Assembly (NCBI GenBank): GCA_964016885.1
Contig: OZ024751.1
Coordinates: forward strand, 2,790,001-2,854,000
Reading direction: 5' to 3'
Origin: Eledone cirrhosa
Taxonomy: Eukaryota
DNA length: 64,000 nucleotides
Shown here piece after piece: positions 1 through 19,579 of the stretch. Position numbers and translations under genes: made by a program. Below the pieces are notes generated by a model. That model saw nothing but the letters and a program-made list of their open reading frames with translations, did not search any database and was not told the DNA's origin. How positions within the stretch are numbered: position 1 is the first letter of the stretch; each line of letters begins with the position of its first letter.

Positions 1-476
1 ATATGAAGGCGCGCGCATAAAACGCCTGCACACTCGTACACTTAGATGCGGAAGTAAAAGAGGTAAGGGAGTGTAATAATTAAAAGAAAAGTATCAATCT
101 CGATATATTTATAAAACTGTAACGATAAATTAGAAAGAAAAAATATTTTTAGAAAGAAAAAATTAAAGAAAAGAAGACAAAAAAAGGGGTACGTACATAC
201 ACAGACACGCATGTCTCACAAAAGAAATGTAAACATATATATGCTTATATACACACGCGCACTTACACATCCATACGTTCGATACGTACATACACACACA
301 CACACACACATACTTATACTCACGCATATGAACCTGTTTGCATGCACACGCATAAAACTGAGTAAGTAAAAAAAGGGAAATGGGGGGGGGGGAGAAGAAA
401 AAAGGAACAAAACATAAAACCGAGATGTCAAAAACACAGATATAAAGACACATACACATACGCATAATATATACAT

Positions 477-573
<97 letters not shown>

Positions 574-982
574 CACGCACGCGCGCGCACATACGTAGTC
601 ACTCATGTACATATATAAAAGTATACACACATTAAGGCGTTCAGCCATATTGATACAGGGTGTAAAAAACTTGTGGATAAATAAGTACAAATATAAAATT
701 GTAAGATAGGCTGCGCAAAAATAAAATAAAAATAAAAAAAATAAAAAAATAAAAAAATGAAAAATATATCTGGATTGAAAAACACAAAAGACATGTATAA
801 TCAGTTAGTGGAGGAAAAAGGGAAATAAAAGAAGGGGAAGTAAAAAATGGAAAGTGAATCGGAGAATAAAGGGGGTGGGGTGGATGTGAAGTAAAAATAA
901 AAATAAAAATAAATGAAATAATTGACAAGGATAAAAATGAAAGTAAATCAGAAAGGGTAATTAAAAGGAGAATAATAAGAGT

Positions 983-2182
983 TTATGGAGGATAAGTATC
1001 TGAAAGTGTGTTAAGTTTATATGAGCTGGAAAGCAGGTGTGATTTCATGTGTGGGCAACTGGTGAAAATTTCCGTCTTTGTGTTCAGGCAGGTCTTTGGT
1101 GATTTTAGATTTTGCAATATCGAAAATTTTTCATTTATGCAGAGCGTGCATTTTCTTGTTCCTCTAGCATATTTTTTAGATTGGTTCAAAATTGACCAAT
1201 CTAGTTTATATTGGATGCCTTGGTCTTTCAAATCCCAAATTCTGCTAGCCAGAGCTGTTGTAAATCTTTTTTCTTGATGTCGAAAGGATGCGACATGTGA
1301 GTAATAACGCGTTTTGAATTTGTCTTGCGTCATACCCACATATCGTTCACTGGTGGCTGGATGGTTGTTGCTGATGGTTGTCACTTTAGCCGCATATACA
1401 ATGGCTTTGGTGTTGCATTTACCTTGTAATGGGCATTCACTTTTGATTCTACAGGAGCAAGTTTGATTTTCTCTAGGTGATATTTTGTTGAGGATATAGG
1501 ACTTAATAGGGGGACCGCAGGAATAGTTAATTTTAACACAGTTTCTGTTAAAGATCTTATAGTATCTATGTGTTCTAGAGAAATGTTTATCTAGGAGTTC
1601 AAGGAATTTTTTGCCTACATTAGTTTTAACTGCTAGAGAGTAGGGGGGTGTGAACCAGATTATTTTTCTTTTCCTATTTTTATGTTTAATAGAGTTAGTA
1701 TAGTTAGGTATGTATTTAATCGGTTCTCTAAAGCCGCTATTTTGGAGGGCTTTATTATAGTAGGGGGATGCCTTATTAAAAATAGCTTCTGAGGAAGAGA
1801 GGGTGGAGATCCTACGGCTAATATTAGGGATAAGGTTTTTAAAAACTATAGGTGGATGGCAAGATCCTTTATTTATATATTTTAAGTTTTCGTTAGGTTT
1901 ATGGTATGGTTTATAAGAAGCAGTAGGCAAATCTAGGTTTATATCTAGGAAATCTACGTTGGAAAGGTTAGTGTCAATAGTAATTTTAAGATTAAAACTA
2001 GCGAAGGTTTTTATTAAGTCTTTCCTTAATCTATCTAAGTTATGGCCTATGGTAGTATGGGAAAGTATTAGACCATCGTCGCGATAAAGCCCAAAAATAT
2101 GGTTAGGAAATTTTTCGTTAAGTGTATGTAAGAGGAATAGGCCGACCAGATCACAAACCTCGACACTGTCATAAGAGCCCAT
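983..2182 (-). CDS. PLE polyprotein fragment: RT C-half (MGS, YRDD, FLD), thumb, GIY-YIG endonuclease with CxCx5C and CxLC...CxH motifs (Naiad-like)
   Basis: GLYRDDGL, NVDFLDINL, CSCRIKSECPLQGKC, IVYAAKV...YVGMT, CTLCINEK, CPH. Degenerate RT sequence continues upstream to ~2340. Confidence 0.9.
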   Translation of the reverse strand: MGSYDSVEVCDLVGLFLLHTLNEKFPNHIFGLYRDDGLILSHTTIGHNLDRLRKDLIKTFASFNLKITIDTNLSNVDFLDINLDLPTASYKPYHKPNENLKYINKGSCHPPIVFKNLIPNISRRISTLSSSEAIFNKASPYYNKALQNSGFREPIKYIPNYTNSIKHKNRKRKIIWFTPPYSLAVKTNVGKKFLELLDKHFSRTHRYYKIFNRNCVKINYSCGPPIKSYILNKISPRENQTCSCRIKSECPLQGKCNTKAIVYAAKVTTISNNHPATSERYVGMTQDKFKTRYYSHVASFRHQEKRFTTALASRIWDLKDQGIQYKLDWSILNQSKKYARGTRKCTLCINEKFSILQNLKSPKTCLNTKTEIFTSCPHMKSHLLSSSYKLNTLSDTYPP

Positions 2183-2614
2183 TGAGACATTGAATGGGTT
2201 CTCTGGGTTAGATATTTTTTACCCAAGTGTCATTATCATTAAAAAGTAGAGTGTTCCTAGCATGCAAGATGACATTCTCTTCAATATCGGAGATATTAGT
2301 GAACCCTCTAGCGAAATTTAAAGCTTTCACTAAAAGGGTCTGAGTCACTTTCCATTTTTTACTTCCCCTTCTTTTATTTCCCTTTTTCCTCCACTAACTG
2401 ATTACACATGTCTTTTGTGTTTTTCAATCCAGATATATTTTTCATTTTTTTTTTATTTTTATTTTATTTTTGCGCAGCCTATCTTACAATTTTATAGTTG
2501 TACTTATTTATCCACAAGTTTTTTACACCCTGTATCATTATGGCTGAACGCCTTAATGTGTGTATACTTTTATATATGTACATGAGTGACTACGTATGTG
2601 CGCGCGCGTGCGTG

Positions 2615-2689
<75 letters not shown>

Positions 2690-3455
2690 ATATGTGTGTG
2701 TGTGTGTGTGTATGTATATATTATGCGTATGTGTATGTGTCTTTATATCTGTGTTTTTGACATCTCGGTTTTATGTTTTGTTCCTTTTTTCTTCTCCCCC
2801 TCTCCCTTCCTTTTTTTACTTACTCAGTTTTATGCGTGTGCATGCAAACAGGTTCATATGCGTGAGTATAAGTATGTGTGTGTGTGTGTGTGTATGTACG
2901 TATCGAACGTATGGATGTGTAAGTGCGCGTGTGTATATAAGCATATATATTTTTACATTTATTTTGTGAGACATACGTGTCTGTGTATGTACGTACCCCT
3001 TTTTTTGTCTTCATTTCTTTAATTTTTTCTTTCTAAAAATATTTGTTCTTTCTAATTTATCGTTACAGTTTTATAAATATATCGAGATTGATACTTTTCT
3101 TTTAATTATTACACTCCCTTACCTCTTTTACTTCCGCATCTAAGTGTACGAGTGTGCAGGCGTCTTATGCGCGCGCCTTCATATTCATATATTTATGATG
3201 TAACTATTCTGTCTGTAGATTACAGACATATAGATATATTTGCTCTAAATTTTAGAATTACGCACACTTTCTCACTATACGTATACATGTGTGCATATAC
3301 ATATATGCACATCTATGAGCGTATATACATACATATACACACACCTAACTATATTTCTTGATAGATTTTTATATATTTCAATTTCTATTTCATTTGTCTA
3401 TATCTTTTTTTGATTTTCTTGATGAGTTTTTCTAAGTATTTACCCATGTTTTATA

Positions 3456-3531
3456 TTGCCTCGTCTGACGAACGAATGAAGTCGTTTATTTCGTATTCGC
3501 CTCATTCGGGAAACCTCTGGTAATGAGGTAA
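3456..3531 (+). ncRNA. Type I hammerhead ribozyme in Naiad pLTR
   Basis: Stem I ttgcctcgt/atgaggtaa; CUGACGA 3465-3471; stem II cgaatga/tcattcg; GAAA 3510-3513; stem III CC-tct-GG; UA cleavage after 3522. Confidence 0.8.
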
Positions 3532-3634
3532 TTATATTGTATTGATTTTTATACGTTAAATTTTGCTCTGATACTTACATAGAGCACTCTTCATTTCTAT
3601 GACCTTTTCTGTTTCCAACGGAAATTTCAATACT

Positions 3635-3819
<185 letters not shown>

Positions 3820-3895
3820 ATATATATATATATATATATGTGTGTAACGCCAAAAACTCTCTCCGAGCAATATAAGTAACACTTTTGATTATTTA

Positions 3896-3936
3896 TGCCC
3901 TTGAGAAGCCCAACAGGGCGAAACGTACGTAGGTGC
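3896..3936 (+). ncRNA. Minimal hammerhead ribozyme with U3-A8 core variant
   Basis: UUGAGAA 3901-3907; stem II gccc-aaca-gggc; GAAA 3920-3923; palindromic stem III CGUACG; UA 3930-3931. Stem I is weak (gccc/ggtgc). Confidence 0.7.
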
Positions 3937-4178
3937 TGTTTTAAATAAACATGTTTTAACGGTCTATTCTCCGATTTTTTACTTTCCCAAGTGCTTACGC
4001 TCTGCTAACTCTCTAGCCCACTAAATATTAACACTTCGAATATTTAATACTGCCGACACTAGTATCGAGCACCTTTGGCATACGCTACTTCTCAAATAAC
4101 TATATGTATCACCTATCCTCCCCTTTTTTTCTCTTTCTCGATACGTAAATACTGTATATGTATATATATATATGTATA

Positions 4179-8901
<4,723 letters not shown>

Positions 8902-8906
<5 letters not shown>

Positions 8907-8958
8907 AACCAGTAAGACCCCGACAGCTGAGCTCAAGCCGTTTCGACGGCTAATTCTG
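8902..8958 (-). repeat. Single arm of the short hairpin family that carries the 3' half of a hammerhead
   Basis: Near-identical to the arms at 31732-31788 and 58905-58953; embedded in (TA)n. Confidence 0.75.
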
Positions 8959-8970
8959 TATGTATATATG

Positions 8971-9822
<852 letters not shown>

Positions 9823-9824
9823 GT

Positions 9825-9991
<167 letters not shown>

Positions 9992-10276
9992 TTAGAAATT
10001 ATAAGCTTTCACCGTATTTTAGACTAAAGAAATTTCTAGCCTGATAGTGGGGTTTTATAACCCTCGGAGAAATGGAAAAAGATGAGTGTTGCCGTACACG
10101 GCAACACTCATCTTTATACAAAATTATATAAAATTATATTATATTATACAAACCGTGTGTTGGACTGTTGTTTCTATCCAATACACGCTTACCACGTTTG
10201 ACTAGCGGCGCACGAGGTGATAAATTCATCTTTCTGTGTGAACGTTGGTAATAGTGTTTGTCGCATTTAATCAGAT

Positions 10277-10357
10277 TCTCTCGCTGATGATGCCCATAGA
10301 TTATCTGTTGCAAACACACTCAGGGCGAAACAGATTAGGGATAATCTGTCCGAGAGA
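10277..10357 (+). ncRNA. Type I hammerhead ribozyme (copy 1)
   Basis: Stem I tctctcg/cgagaga; CUGAUGA 10284-10290; stem II gccc/gggc; GAAA 10327-10330; stem III cagatta/taatctg; GUC cleavage after 10350. Confidence 0.92.
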
Positions 10358-10797
10358 TGTAATTGTTATGAAACAGATTAGGGATAATCTGTCCGAGAGA
10401 TGTAATTGTTATTGAGGCGGTTTGTATAATATAATATAATTTTATTTTATCATTCTGTCTGCTTCTTGGTTAAATATTTCAAACAAATGTGGTTTTTCAA
10501 CCCTTGTAATATTAGACACACGGTTTACTGTGTTTCTTACTGCATATATATTATTATTATACGGCTCAGTATTTTATACTTGGAGCTTAATAATTACAGG
10601 GTTTCAATTGAAGTCATTAACTCTAATTTTCATTTATATTTCTGCTCCCTCACAAGTTGAGCTTATTAAGTTGCGTGTGTTGGACTGTTGTTTCTATCCA
10701 ATACACGCTTACCACGTTTGACTAGCGGCGCACGAGGTGATAAATTCATCTTTCTGTGTGAACGTTGGTACATAGTGTTTGTCGCATTTAATCAGAT

Positions 10798-10878
10798 TCT
10801 CTCGCTGATGATGCCCATGGATTATCTGTTGCAAACACACTCAGGGCGAAACAGATTAGGGATAATCTGTCCGAGAGA
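10798..10878 (+). ncRNA. Type I hammerhead ribozyme (copy 2)
   Basis: Same fold as copy 1: CUGAUGA 10805-10811, GAAA 10848-10851, GUC cleavage after 10871. Confidence 0.92.
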
Positions 10879-11021
10879 TGTAATTGTTATTGAGGCGGTT
10901 TGTATAATATAATATAATTTTATTTTATCATTCTGTCTGCTTCTTGGTTAAATATTTCAAACAAATGTGGTTTTTCAACCCTTGTAATATTAGACACACG
11001 GTTTACTGTGTTTCTTACTGC

Positions 11022-11126
<105 letters not shown>

Positions 11127-11140
11127 TATAAATATATGTG

Positions 11141-11207
<67 letters not shown>

Positions 11208-11224
11208 ATATATATATATATATA

Positions 11225-11332
<108 letters not shown>

Positions 11333-11386
11333 TATATATGTATATATATATATATGCATATATATACATATATATATATATACATA

Positions 11387-11422
<36 letters not shown>

Positions 11423-11467
11423 CACATATATATATATACATATGTATATATATATATATATATACAC

Positions 11468-11500
<33 letters not shown>

Positions 11501-11521
11501 TATACATATATATATACACAC

Positions 11522-11688
<167 letters not shown>

Positions 11689-11699
11689 TATATACACAT

Positions 11700-12105
11700 A
11701 TGGTGGCTGCCAACTCGTTTTCGAGTATGGCCACTACTTTATATCCATGTAGGAGAACCCCTACTGATGCGCTGAACGAGTGTCACTCTTTAGTCCAGCC
11801 AGCGACTTGAAAACTCTGGTACAAACACTACACTTGTGACAATTATTGACACATAGTGCTGGGCCCATTGTACCCTGTGATGACAAGTGCAGAGAGATCT
11901 CCAGATATAAACCAATGCCTGTGCCGTGAAGCTTTTATAGTGAGCAAAGGCACTGCACAAAGCCAGTCCCACTCTCTTAACCAAGATGATATTTACCAAA
12001 AAGAAGAACAAGTCAACATCATTGGATACCATCAAGGTTGCAGGTGTTATATCAGAGTTTTCCTTCTCCTAGAATTCTGCCTTGACAAAGGCTAAGGGGT
12101 CATCT
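11700..12105 (-). mobile_element. 5'-truncated copy of the ~600-bp RTE-like non-autonomous family arrayed at 40847-43655
   Basis: Near-identical to 40847-41245 and to the reverse complement of 41705-42103. Confidence 0.8.
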
Positions 12106-12159
12106 CTCTCTATATATATATATACATATATATATACACATATATATATATATATATAT

Positions 12160-12224
<65 letters not shown>

Positions 12225-12352
12225 AAGTTATATTTAAAATTGTTGGGTTACAACTAGTAAATATTTATAACTGATATAAATGCACTCGACAAATATTTGG
12301 AGTATATTTACAATATTAAATAAATGGAAAACTATATTTATAAAACCATATT

Positions 12353-12418
12353 TATTTCATTATATATATTTCGGGGATATCATATTAACAATATGCTATG
12401 CCTTCATCAGACAAAATA
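12353..12418 (-). ncRNA. Type I hammerhead in inverted pLTR
   Basis: Reverse complement of 16491-16556. Confidence 0.8.
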
Positions 12419-12783
12419 CAATATAAACAGTTTTATAGATAAATATATTCGACATACCGTAATAAACATCAACTTCATTTGAAGAGGTTCACTCTAGCAG
12501 TGAAAATACAGAGAGAAAGAAAGAGAGAGAGAAAAGAGGGAAATAAGAAAGAAAGAAAGACAAAACGAAGAAAAGGAAGAAAAAGAAGAAAAAGAAGAAA
12601 TGCATGGGACAAAATAGAGAGATGGAAAAATAGATAAAGCGAAGAGCTTCATGTAAAGAGACCGAAAGATATATATATATATATAGAGAGAGAGAGGAAA
12701 TAGAGATAGATACATATATAAATATAGATATAGAAAAATTAGGTAGTGGGAGGTCATTTTGAGTAAGTGTATCAATGATGCAT

Positions 12784-12818
<35 letters not shown>

Positions 12819-13445
12819 GCTCAAGTATTAATGTAAGGGAGATATATAGAGAGATATAGAGAGATATATAGAGAGAAAAATTTAAAAATAGCCAGACATA
12901 TTCGAGGCGTAGAAAACCCTATGTTTTAATGTATTAGTATTTATAAAACTTACACTATATTGTAAATATCAGTATTCCTGAATGAAACAAGTATTCACAA
13001 TGCGTGAAAATTCATTATCTTATGTTTAGTTTTTTAAAAAAATTCATATGTCTATGTGAATCCAACTGATTCACTCCGCAAATTCAAAGTTACCGGAAAA
13101 CATTCTCAATGTGGTATAAAAATTTGAGCGTATTATTATTCTTGCGATTACTCTACAAGATTATCTATCAAGCAGAAATAGAGAGCAGATTTCAATATAC
13201 TAATCGAAAATATATATTATATTATAAGCAGAGATAACAATAATAATGATAATAAGTAAAAATATATAAAAATATAAAAATATAGAATAGAAAACTAAAA
13301 AAGAATATTACGAAAGAATATTACATAATAAAAATATTGCATATTAAAAATACTACGTATTAAAAATATTACGTATTAAAACTTTACATATAAAAATATT
13401 AAAAATATTAAAAATAAAAATTTACATATAAAAAATTTACATATA

Positions 13446-14908
13446 AAATTTATTCAACTTGATATAGCTAACTATTATTCTTCTATTACCCCTAGTCTAC
13501 TAAATAAGGCACTAAATTACGCATTCAAACATACGGACCTAACTAGCAAAGAAATGCATATTATATTATCGGCTAGGAAAACTTTGATAGAATTTGATGA
13601 CAAATTATGGACCAGAGCAGATAGAGATAGCAATTTTGACATAACTATGGGATCTTCCGACTCAGCTCAAGTAACTGACCTTGTGGGCTTATTTTTAATC
13701 AATTCGCTACATAGGAAAATACCTGGTACTACCGGAGGTTTATATAGGGATGACATGCTTTTACTTATTAATAATAATAACCCTGAACTAAATAGAAAAT
13801 GTAAACAAATTACAAAATTTTTTAATTACTTTAACCTTAAAATAGAAATTGAGAACAACCATAGAATAGTCAATTTCCTAGATATAACATTAAATCTCAA
13901 CACATGTCTCCACTATCCTTTTCACAAGTTGAATGAAAACTTAAACTATGTCAACTTTAACTCTAACCACCCCAGATCTGTCAAAAACACTATAGTAAAC
14001 TCAGTCCAAAAACGTATCTCTAGGATCTCGTCGAATAGAAAGATTTTTGACGAAAAGGCCCAATACTATAATGATGCACTAGCTAGGGCAGGGTATGCTG
14101 ATAAGATTGTGTACATAGATAATGATAAACAAACTAAACAAAGTAACAACTTTTTTAATTATGGCAACAACATTAACAACTATAATAGAAAGCATTACAA
14201 TAATTCCAAAGGACAAAAAAGAAATAGAACTAGGAACATAATTTGGTTTGCCCCCCCCCCCCTTTCTCACTAAACATTAAAACCCACATCGCTAAATTAT
14301 TTTTCAAAGCTCTTGATAATCGCTTCCCTAGAACACATAGGTACCACTCAATCTTCAATAGGCATACAATTAAATTAACCTACTCATCCACCAAAAATTT
14401 AGCACAAAATATTAATAGAATAAATAATAGGAACTTAAAACCTACTGATAATAGCATAAATAATATACAAGTTAACAAATGTAACTGTAGAGATAGATCT
14501 AAATGTCCGTTAAATAACAACTGCTTAGTTAAAAATATAGTATACAATTGTAATGTTAATACTGACTCTAATTCTTTTAACTACGTCGGTTCCACATCGA
14601 CGGAATTTAAACTTCGCTATAATAACCACAAGAATTCTTTCACAGATCCAAGTAAAAAATCTTCAACGGCACTATCAGGTGTACTCTGGCAACTTAAGCT
14701 AGATAACGTTAGATATTCGACGGCTTGGAATATAGTCTCAAGAGGGATTCCTTTTAATTCATCCTCTGAGACATGTGACCTCTGCGCAGAGGAGATATTC
14801 TTTATACTAAAATCTAAAAATTCCCTTAACCTACGGACAAATTTATTCAGTTGTTGCAAACATAGATTAAACTCAACGTTTAAATATAAATTTAAATTTA
14901 AAATGTAG
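13446..14908 (+). pseudogene. Naiad PLE RT + GIY-YIG (frameshift in poly-C ~14251-14262)
   Basis: KFIQLDIANYY, ITMGSSDS, LYRDD, VNFLD; CNCRDRSKCPLNNNC, IVY...YVGST, CDLCAEE, CKH. Confidence 0.9.
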
Positions 14909-16090
14909 TATATTTAGTTTGATTTATATTTATATGAGAACTAGCCGATAAATCTTTTGATTCCTAAATCTTTGATTCCCTCTTTTTACTCTTTTTATTG
15001 TTTATTTTATTTTATTTATTTTTATTTTTATTTTTATTTTTATTTTTATTTTTATTTTTATTTTTATTTTTATTTTTATCTAAACATTCCTCATGAAAAA
15101 TTAAGCTACCCTAAAAGCCGATGCTCCAAATTTTCTGAATTAACCTTACACTTGATAAACTTATATATTAAATATAGGAACATATGTAGACATTATTGGA
15201 CATCATAATCTTTTTTGCGATATTCCTTGCTAGATGTGATTTGATAGATAATTTTTGGCTTTGTCTTGTAGTGAACTTGGCAATATATTGTCAATTAACC
15301 TTGAAGGGTTGTTCTTTGTGGTTTATTTTTATTTTTATTTTTTTTATTTTTATTTTTATTTTTATTTTTATTTTTATTCTTTTAGTATTGTAGTATTCTA
15401 TAATATTTTTATATTTTTATTTTTTATTTTATTTTATTTTTATTTTTATTTTTAATATTTTTATATGTAAATTTTTTTTATATGTAAATTTTTATTTTTA
15501 ATATTTTTAATATTTTTATATGTAAAGTTTTAATACGTAATATTTTTAATACGTAGTATTTTTAATATGCAATATTTTTATTATGTAATATTCTTTCGTA
15601 ATATTCTTTTTTAGTTTTCTATTCTATATTTTTATATTTTTATATATTTTTACTTATTATCATTATTATTGTTATCTCTGCTTATAATATAATATATATT
15701 TTCGATTAGTATATTGAAATCTGCTCTCTATTTCTGCTTGATAGATAATCTTGTAGAGTAATCGCAAGAATAATAATACGCTCAAATTTTTATACCACAT
15801 TGAGAATGTTTTCCGGTAACTTTGAATTTGCGGAGTGAATCAGTTGGATTCACATAGACATATGAATTTTTTTTAAAAACTAAACATAAGATAATGAATT
15901 TTCACGCATTGTGAATACTTGTTTCATTCAGGAATACTGATATTTACAATATAGTGTAAGTTTTATAAATACTAATACATTAAAACATAGGGTTTTCTAC
16001 GCCTCGAATATGTCTGGCTATTTTTAAATTTTTCTCTCTATATATCTCTCTATATCTCTCTATATATCTCCCTTACATTAATACTTGAGC

Positions 16091-16125
<35 letters not shown>

Positions 16126-16490
16126 ATGCATCATTGATACACTTACTCAAAATGACCTCCCACTACCTAATTTTTCTATATCTATATTTATATATGTATC
16201 TATCTCTATTTCCTCTCTCTCTCTATATATATATATATCTCTTTCGGTCTCTTTACATGAAGCTCTTCGCTTTATCTATTTTTCCATCTCTCTATTTTGT
16301 CCCATGCATTTCTTCTTTTTCTTCTTTTTCTTCCTTTTCTTCGTTTTGTCTTTCTTTCTTTCTTATTTCCCTCTTTTCTCTCTCTCTTTCTTTCTCTCTG
16401 TATTTTCACTGCTAGAGTGAACCTCTTCAAATGAAGTTGATGTTTATTACGGTATGTCGAATATATTTATCTATAAAACTGTTTATATTG

Positions 16491-16556
16491 TATTTTGTCT
16501 GATGAAGGCATAGCATATTGTTAATATGATATCCCCGAAATATATATAATGAAATA
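16491..16556 (+). ncRNA. Type I hammerhead in Naiad pLTR
   Basis: Stem I tattttgt/atgaaata; CUGAUGA 16499-16505; stem II with catatt/aatatg; GAAA 16537-16540; palindromic stem III UAUAUA; UA. Confidence 0.8.
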
Positions 16557-16594
16557 AATATGGTTTTATAAATATAGTTTTCCATTTATTTAAT

Positions 16595-16631
<37 letters not shown>

Positions 16632-16737
16632 ACTAGAAATTTATTAACATATATATAAACATGAATAATCACAGGAGATAAATTTTACAAGCGTGTAACC
16701 ACGCATAACTAGGTAGATAATATATATATATATATAC

Positions 16738-16768
<31 letters not shown>

Positions 16769-16799
16769 CATATATAAATATATATACATATATATACAC

Positions 16800-16960
<161 letters not shown>

Positions 16961-16969
16961 CATATATAT

Positions 16970-17000
<31 letters not shown>

Positions 17001-17029
17001 TGCTAAAATATATCTTTTAACATGTTAAA

Positions 17030-17079
<50 letters not shown>

Positions 17080-17279
17080 GTCATTGTGCCAATTAAAACA
17101 TACGCACCTGTACATTTTGACTTCAGTTTCTATTACCAATCTGGTAATTAATGCGCACATCAGTTGGTTATTCAACTAATCAATCAATTAATTAATTGTC
17201 ACAGGCCTTTCATCACACATTTGTAACCTTATCGATGTGCGTCGGATAACATGTTTTGAGGCATATATTTACAACACAT

Positions 17280-18405
17280 TATGTTCTGAGTTCAAATCCT
17301 GCCGACCATAGCTTTGCCTTTGATCCTTATGGTAGTCGATAAAAAGCACCAATAACACACTGAGCGGAGGCGCGTGGCTTAGTGATAAGGGTGTTGGTCT
17401 TACGATCATAATATCGTGGTTCGATTCCTAGGCTTGGTTGTGTGTTGTGATCTGGAGCAAAACACTTAATTTCACGTTGCTCCAGTATACTCAGCTGAAA
17501 ATGAGCACCAGCAATACCTGGGAGCTTCACACTTGGATGGACTGGTCCAGTGGGAAGTCTTATATTTTCAGTCGCTTCACGTCCTGAAACCGGGATAAGC
17601 ACCTGACTGACCATCCTCTGGGCTTGAGACAGACTTTAGACTTTAGAGTAACGCACTGGGGTCTATTTAATCGACCTTTCCCTCCCCACAAATCGTTGGC
17701 TTTGTTCCTAAATCAGAAACAATTATCATTACCACTGTTACATTAATTATCAGCTTTATAATAATCATTATAACCATGGAGAGCGGGTTGGCAGTATCAG
17801 TACAGCGTCGAGTCTACATTTCGAGTCTACATTTTGAGTTAAAATCCTACAGACGTCATCCCTTTTCATATTTCCGGGTTCGATAAAATAAAGTACCAGT
17901 AAAGTTCTGAGGTCGATTTAATTGATTTTCCCCCCTTCCCCAAAATTGTTGGTCTTGTGCCTAATTCAGAAACCATTATTTTGAGGACGGTGCATTGACA
18001 GTTTCGGTAGAGTGTCGGATAGTTTGCTCGATGGCATATAATTACTGCCTTTTACGTTCAAATCACACGAAGGTTAGCTTTGCCTTTCATCATTCTGGGG
18101 TCGATAGAATAAAGTACCAGTAATATACTGGGGTCGAGGTAAACGACTTTTTCTTCCTTGAAAAATATTCACCTTGTGCCCAAATTAGAAACTGTTATTA
18201 TCCGGATTAGGGTGGTGGATTGGCAGTGTTGGTTGAGGGTCGGACGCCATGCTTTCCAGCATAGAGTTACGGCCCTTGCCATTGTGAGTTCAAATCCCGC
18301 CGAGGTTAACTTTGCCTTTCATCCTTACGGGGTCAATAAAATAAAGTACCAGTAATGTACTGGTGTAATTGCTGGCCTTGTGCCAAAAGTAGAAACAATT
18401 ATTAT
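17280..18405 (+). mobile_element. Cluster of tRNA-derived SINEs (approx. 17280-17360, 17365-17630, 17780-17980, 17985-18200, 18210-18405)
   Basis: B-box gagttcaaatcc or ggttcgattcc, shared core gcctttcatcc...ggggtcgataaaataaagtaccag and tail ccttgtgcc...agaaac-att. The core resembles the MetaSINE/Sauria-type domain (from recall). Confidence 0.8.
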
Positions 18406-18409
18406 CACC

Positions 18410-18702
18410 GCTGCTGTTGTTGTTACTGTTGTTGTTGCTGTTGTTGTTACTGTTGTTGTTACTGTTGTTGTTACTGTTGTTGTTGTTACTGTTGTTGTTA
18501 CTGTTGTTGTTCTTGTTGTTGTTACTGTTGTTGTTGCTGTTGTTGTTACTATTGTTGTTGTTGCTGCAGTTGCTGTGGTTGTTGTTACTGTTGTTGTTAC
18601 TGTTGTTGCTGCAGTTGTTGTTGTTGTTGTTGCTGTTGCTGTTGTTGTTGTTGTTGATGTTGTTACTGTTGCTGTTGTTGTTGCTGTTGTTGTTGTTACT
18701 AC

Positions 18703-18737
<35 letters not shown>

Positions 18738-18830
18738 CTGTTGTTGTTGTTGTTGCTAGTGTTACTGTTGTTGTTGTTGTTGCTGTGGCTGCTGTTATTG
18801 TTGTTGTTGCTGGTGTTGTTGTTGTTGTAG
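18410..18830. repeat. (GTT)n degenerate trinucleotide repeat
   Basis: Direct inspection. Confidence 0.95.
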
Positions 18831-19579
18831 TCCTGGTTTGTTCTAATTGGCCCTGACTGCTCTTTGTGACTATTTCATTGTTCACGACACACAATATAAA
18901 CACGCACTCACACATATATATATATATATATATATACATAAATATATATATATATATATACACATATATTTAATTATTTAATTAATCTTACAATCGATAT
19001 TGTAGATAAGTGGGGAGTAGTGGTGGCAGTGGTGGCTGTAGTAGGCTGGGGTGGTAGTAATAATGGTGGTGCTGGTAGTGGTAGTAGCAACAGTGGAGGT
19101 AGGGGTTGTAGTAGTAGTAGTTGCGGCAGTAGTAGTAATAGCAATGGTGGTAGTAGTGGTAGCAGTAATGGTAGTAATAGTGGTAAATGTGGTAGTAGTA
19201 GTAACGGTGGTAAAAGCAGAGATGGCAGTGGCTGTTGTAGAATATTGTTAGGATTATATTATGATAATATTGTTATTATTCTTTAACAATATTTCCGGAC
19301 TCTGGTACAATTATTTTCCTACCCGGCACAACGGCCTACAGGTTTTGCCCCAATCACCAATCTGCCTCAGCTTTTCCTTACCTCATTGATTTCATAAGTA
19401 ATTGAGATATCTTTCTTCTTATTTTCTATCTTGTTTTGTTTTCTTTTCTATTCCAATTGATTATCGATTTCTTGCGATATTATCGTTGGATGTCAATGCT
19501 GACGCCGATTTAAAAGAAATTTTGTTCGCTGCAATTTTACAAAATATATTTCCAATATAACATATGTCGAATCAAGCTT

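Larger units (their letters stand above)
1..3560 (-). mobile_element. Naiad-type Penelope-like retroelement, 5'-truncated, with inverted pseudo-LTR (arms ~1-857 and ~2345-3184)
   Basis: 1-857 is the reverse complement of 2345-3184. The arms flank an RT+GIY-YIG ORF on the minus strand. The plus arm continues into a hammerhead at 3456-3531. Confidence 0.9.
12220..16600 (+). mobile_element. Naiad-type PLE, 5'-truncated, with ~1.1-kb inverted pLTR arms (12309-13449 and 15459-16600)
   Basis: The arms are reverse complements; the RT-EN region lies between them; each arm carries a hammerhead; (TA)n flanks. Confidence 0.9.

Noticed and set aside
17365-17440. tRNA gene
   Set aside because: A/B boxes run directly into a SINE body; no cloverleaf.
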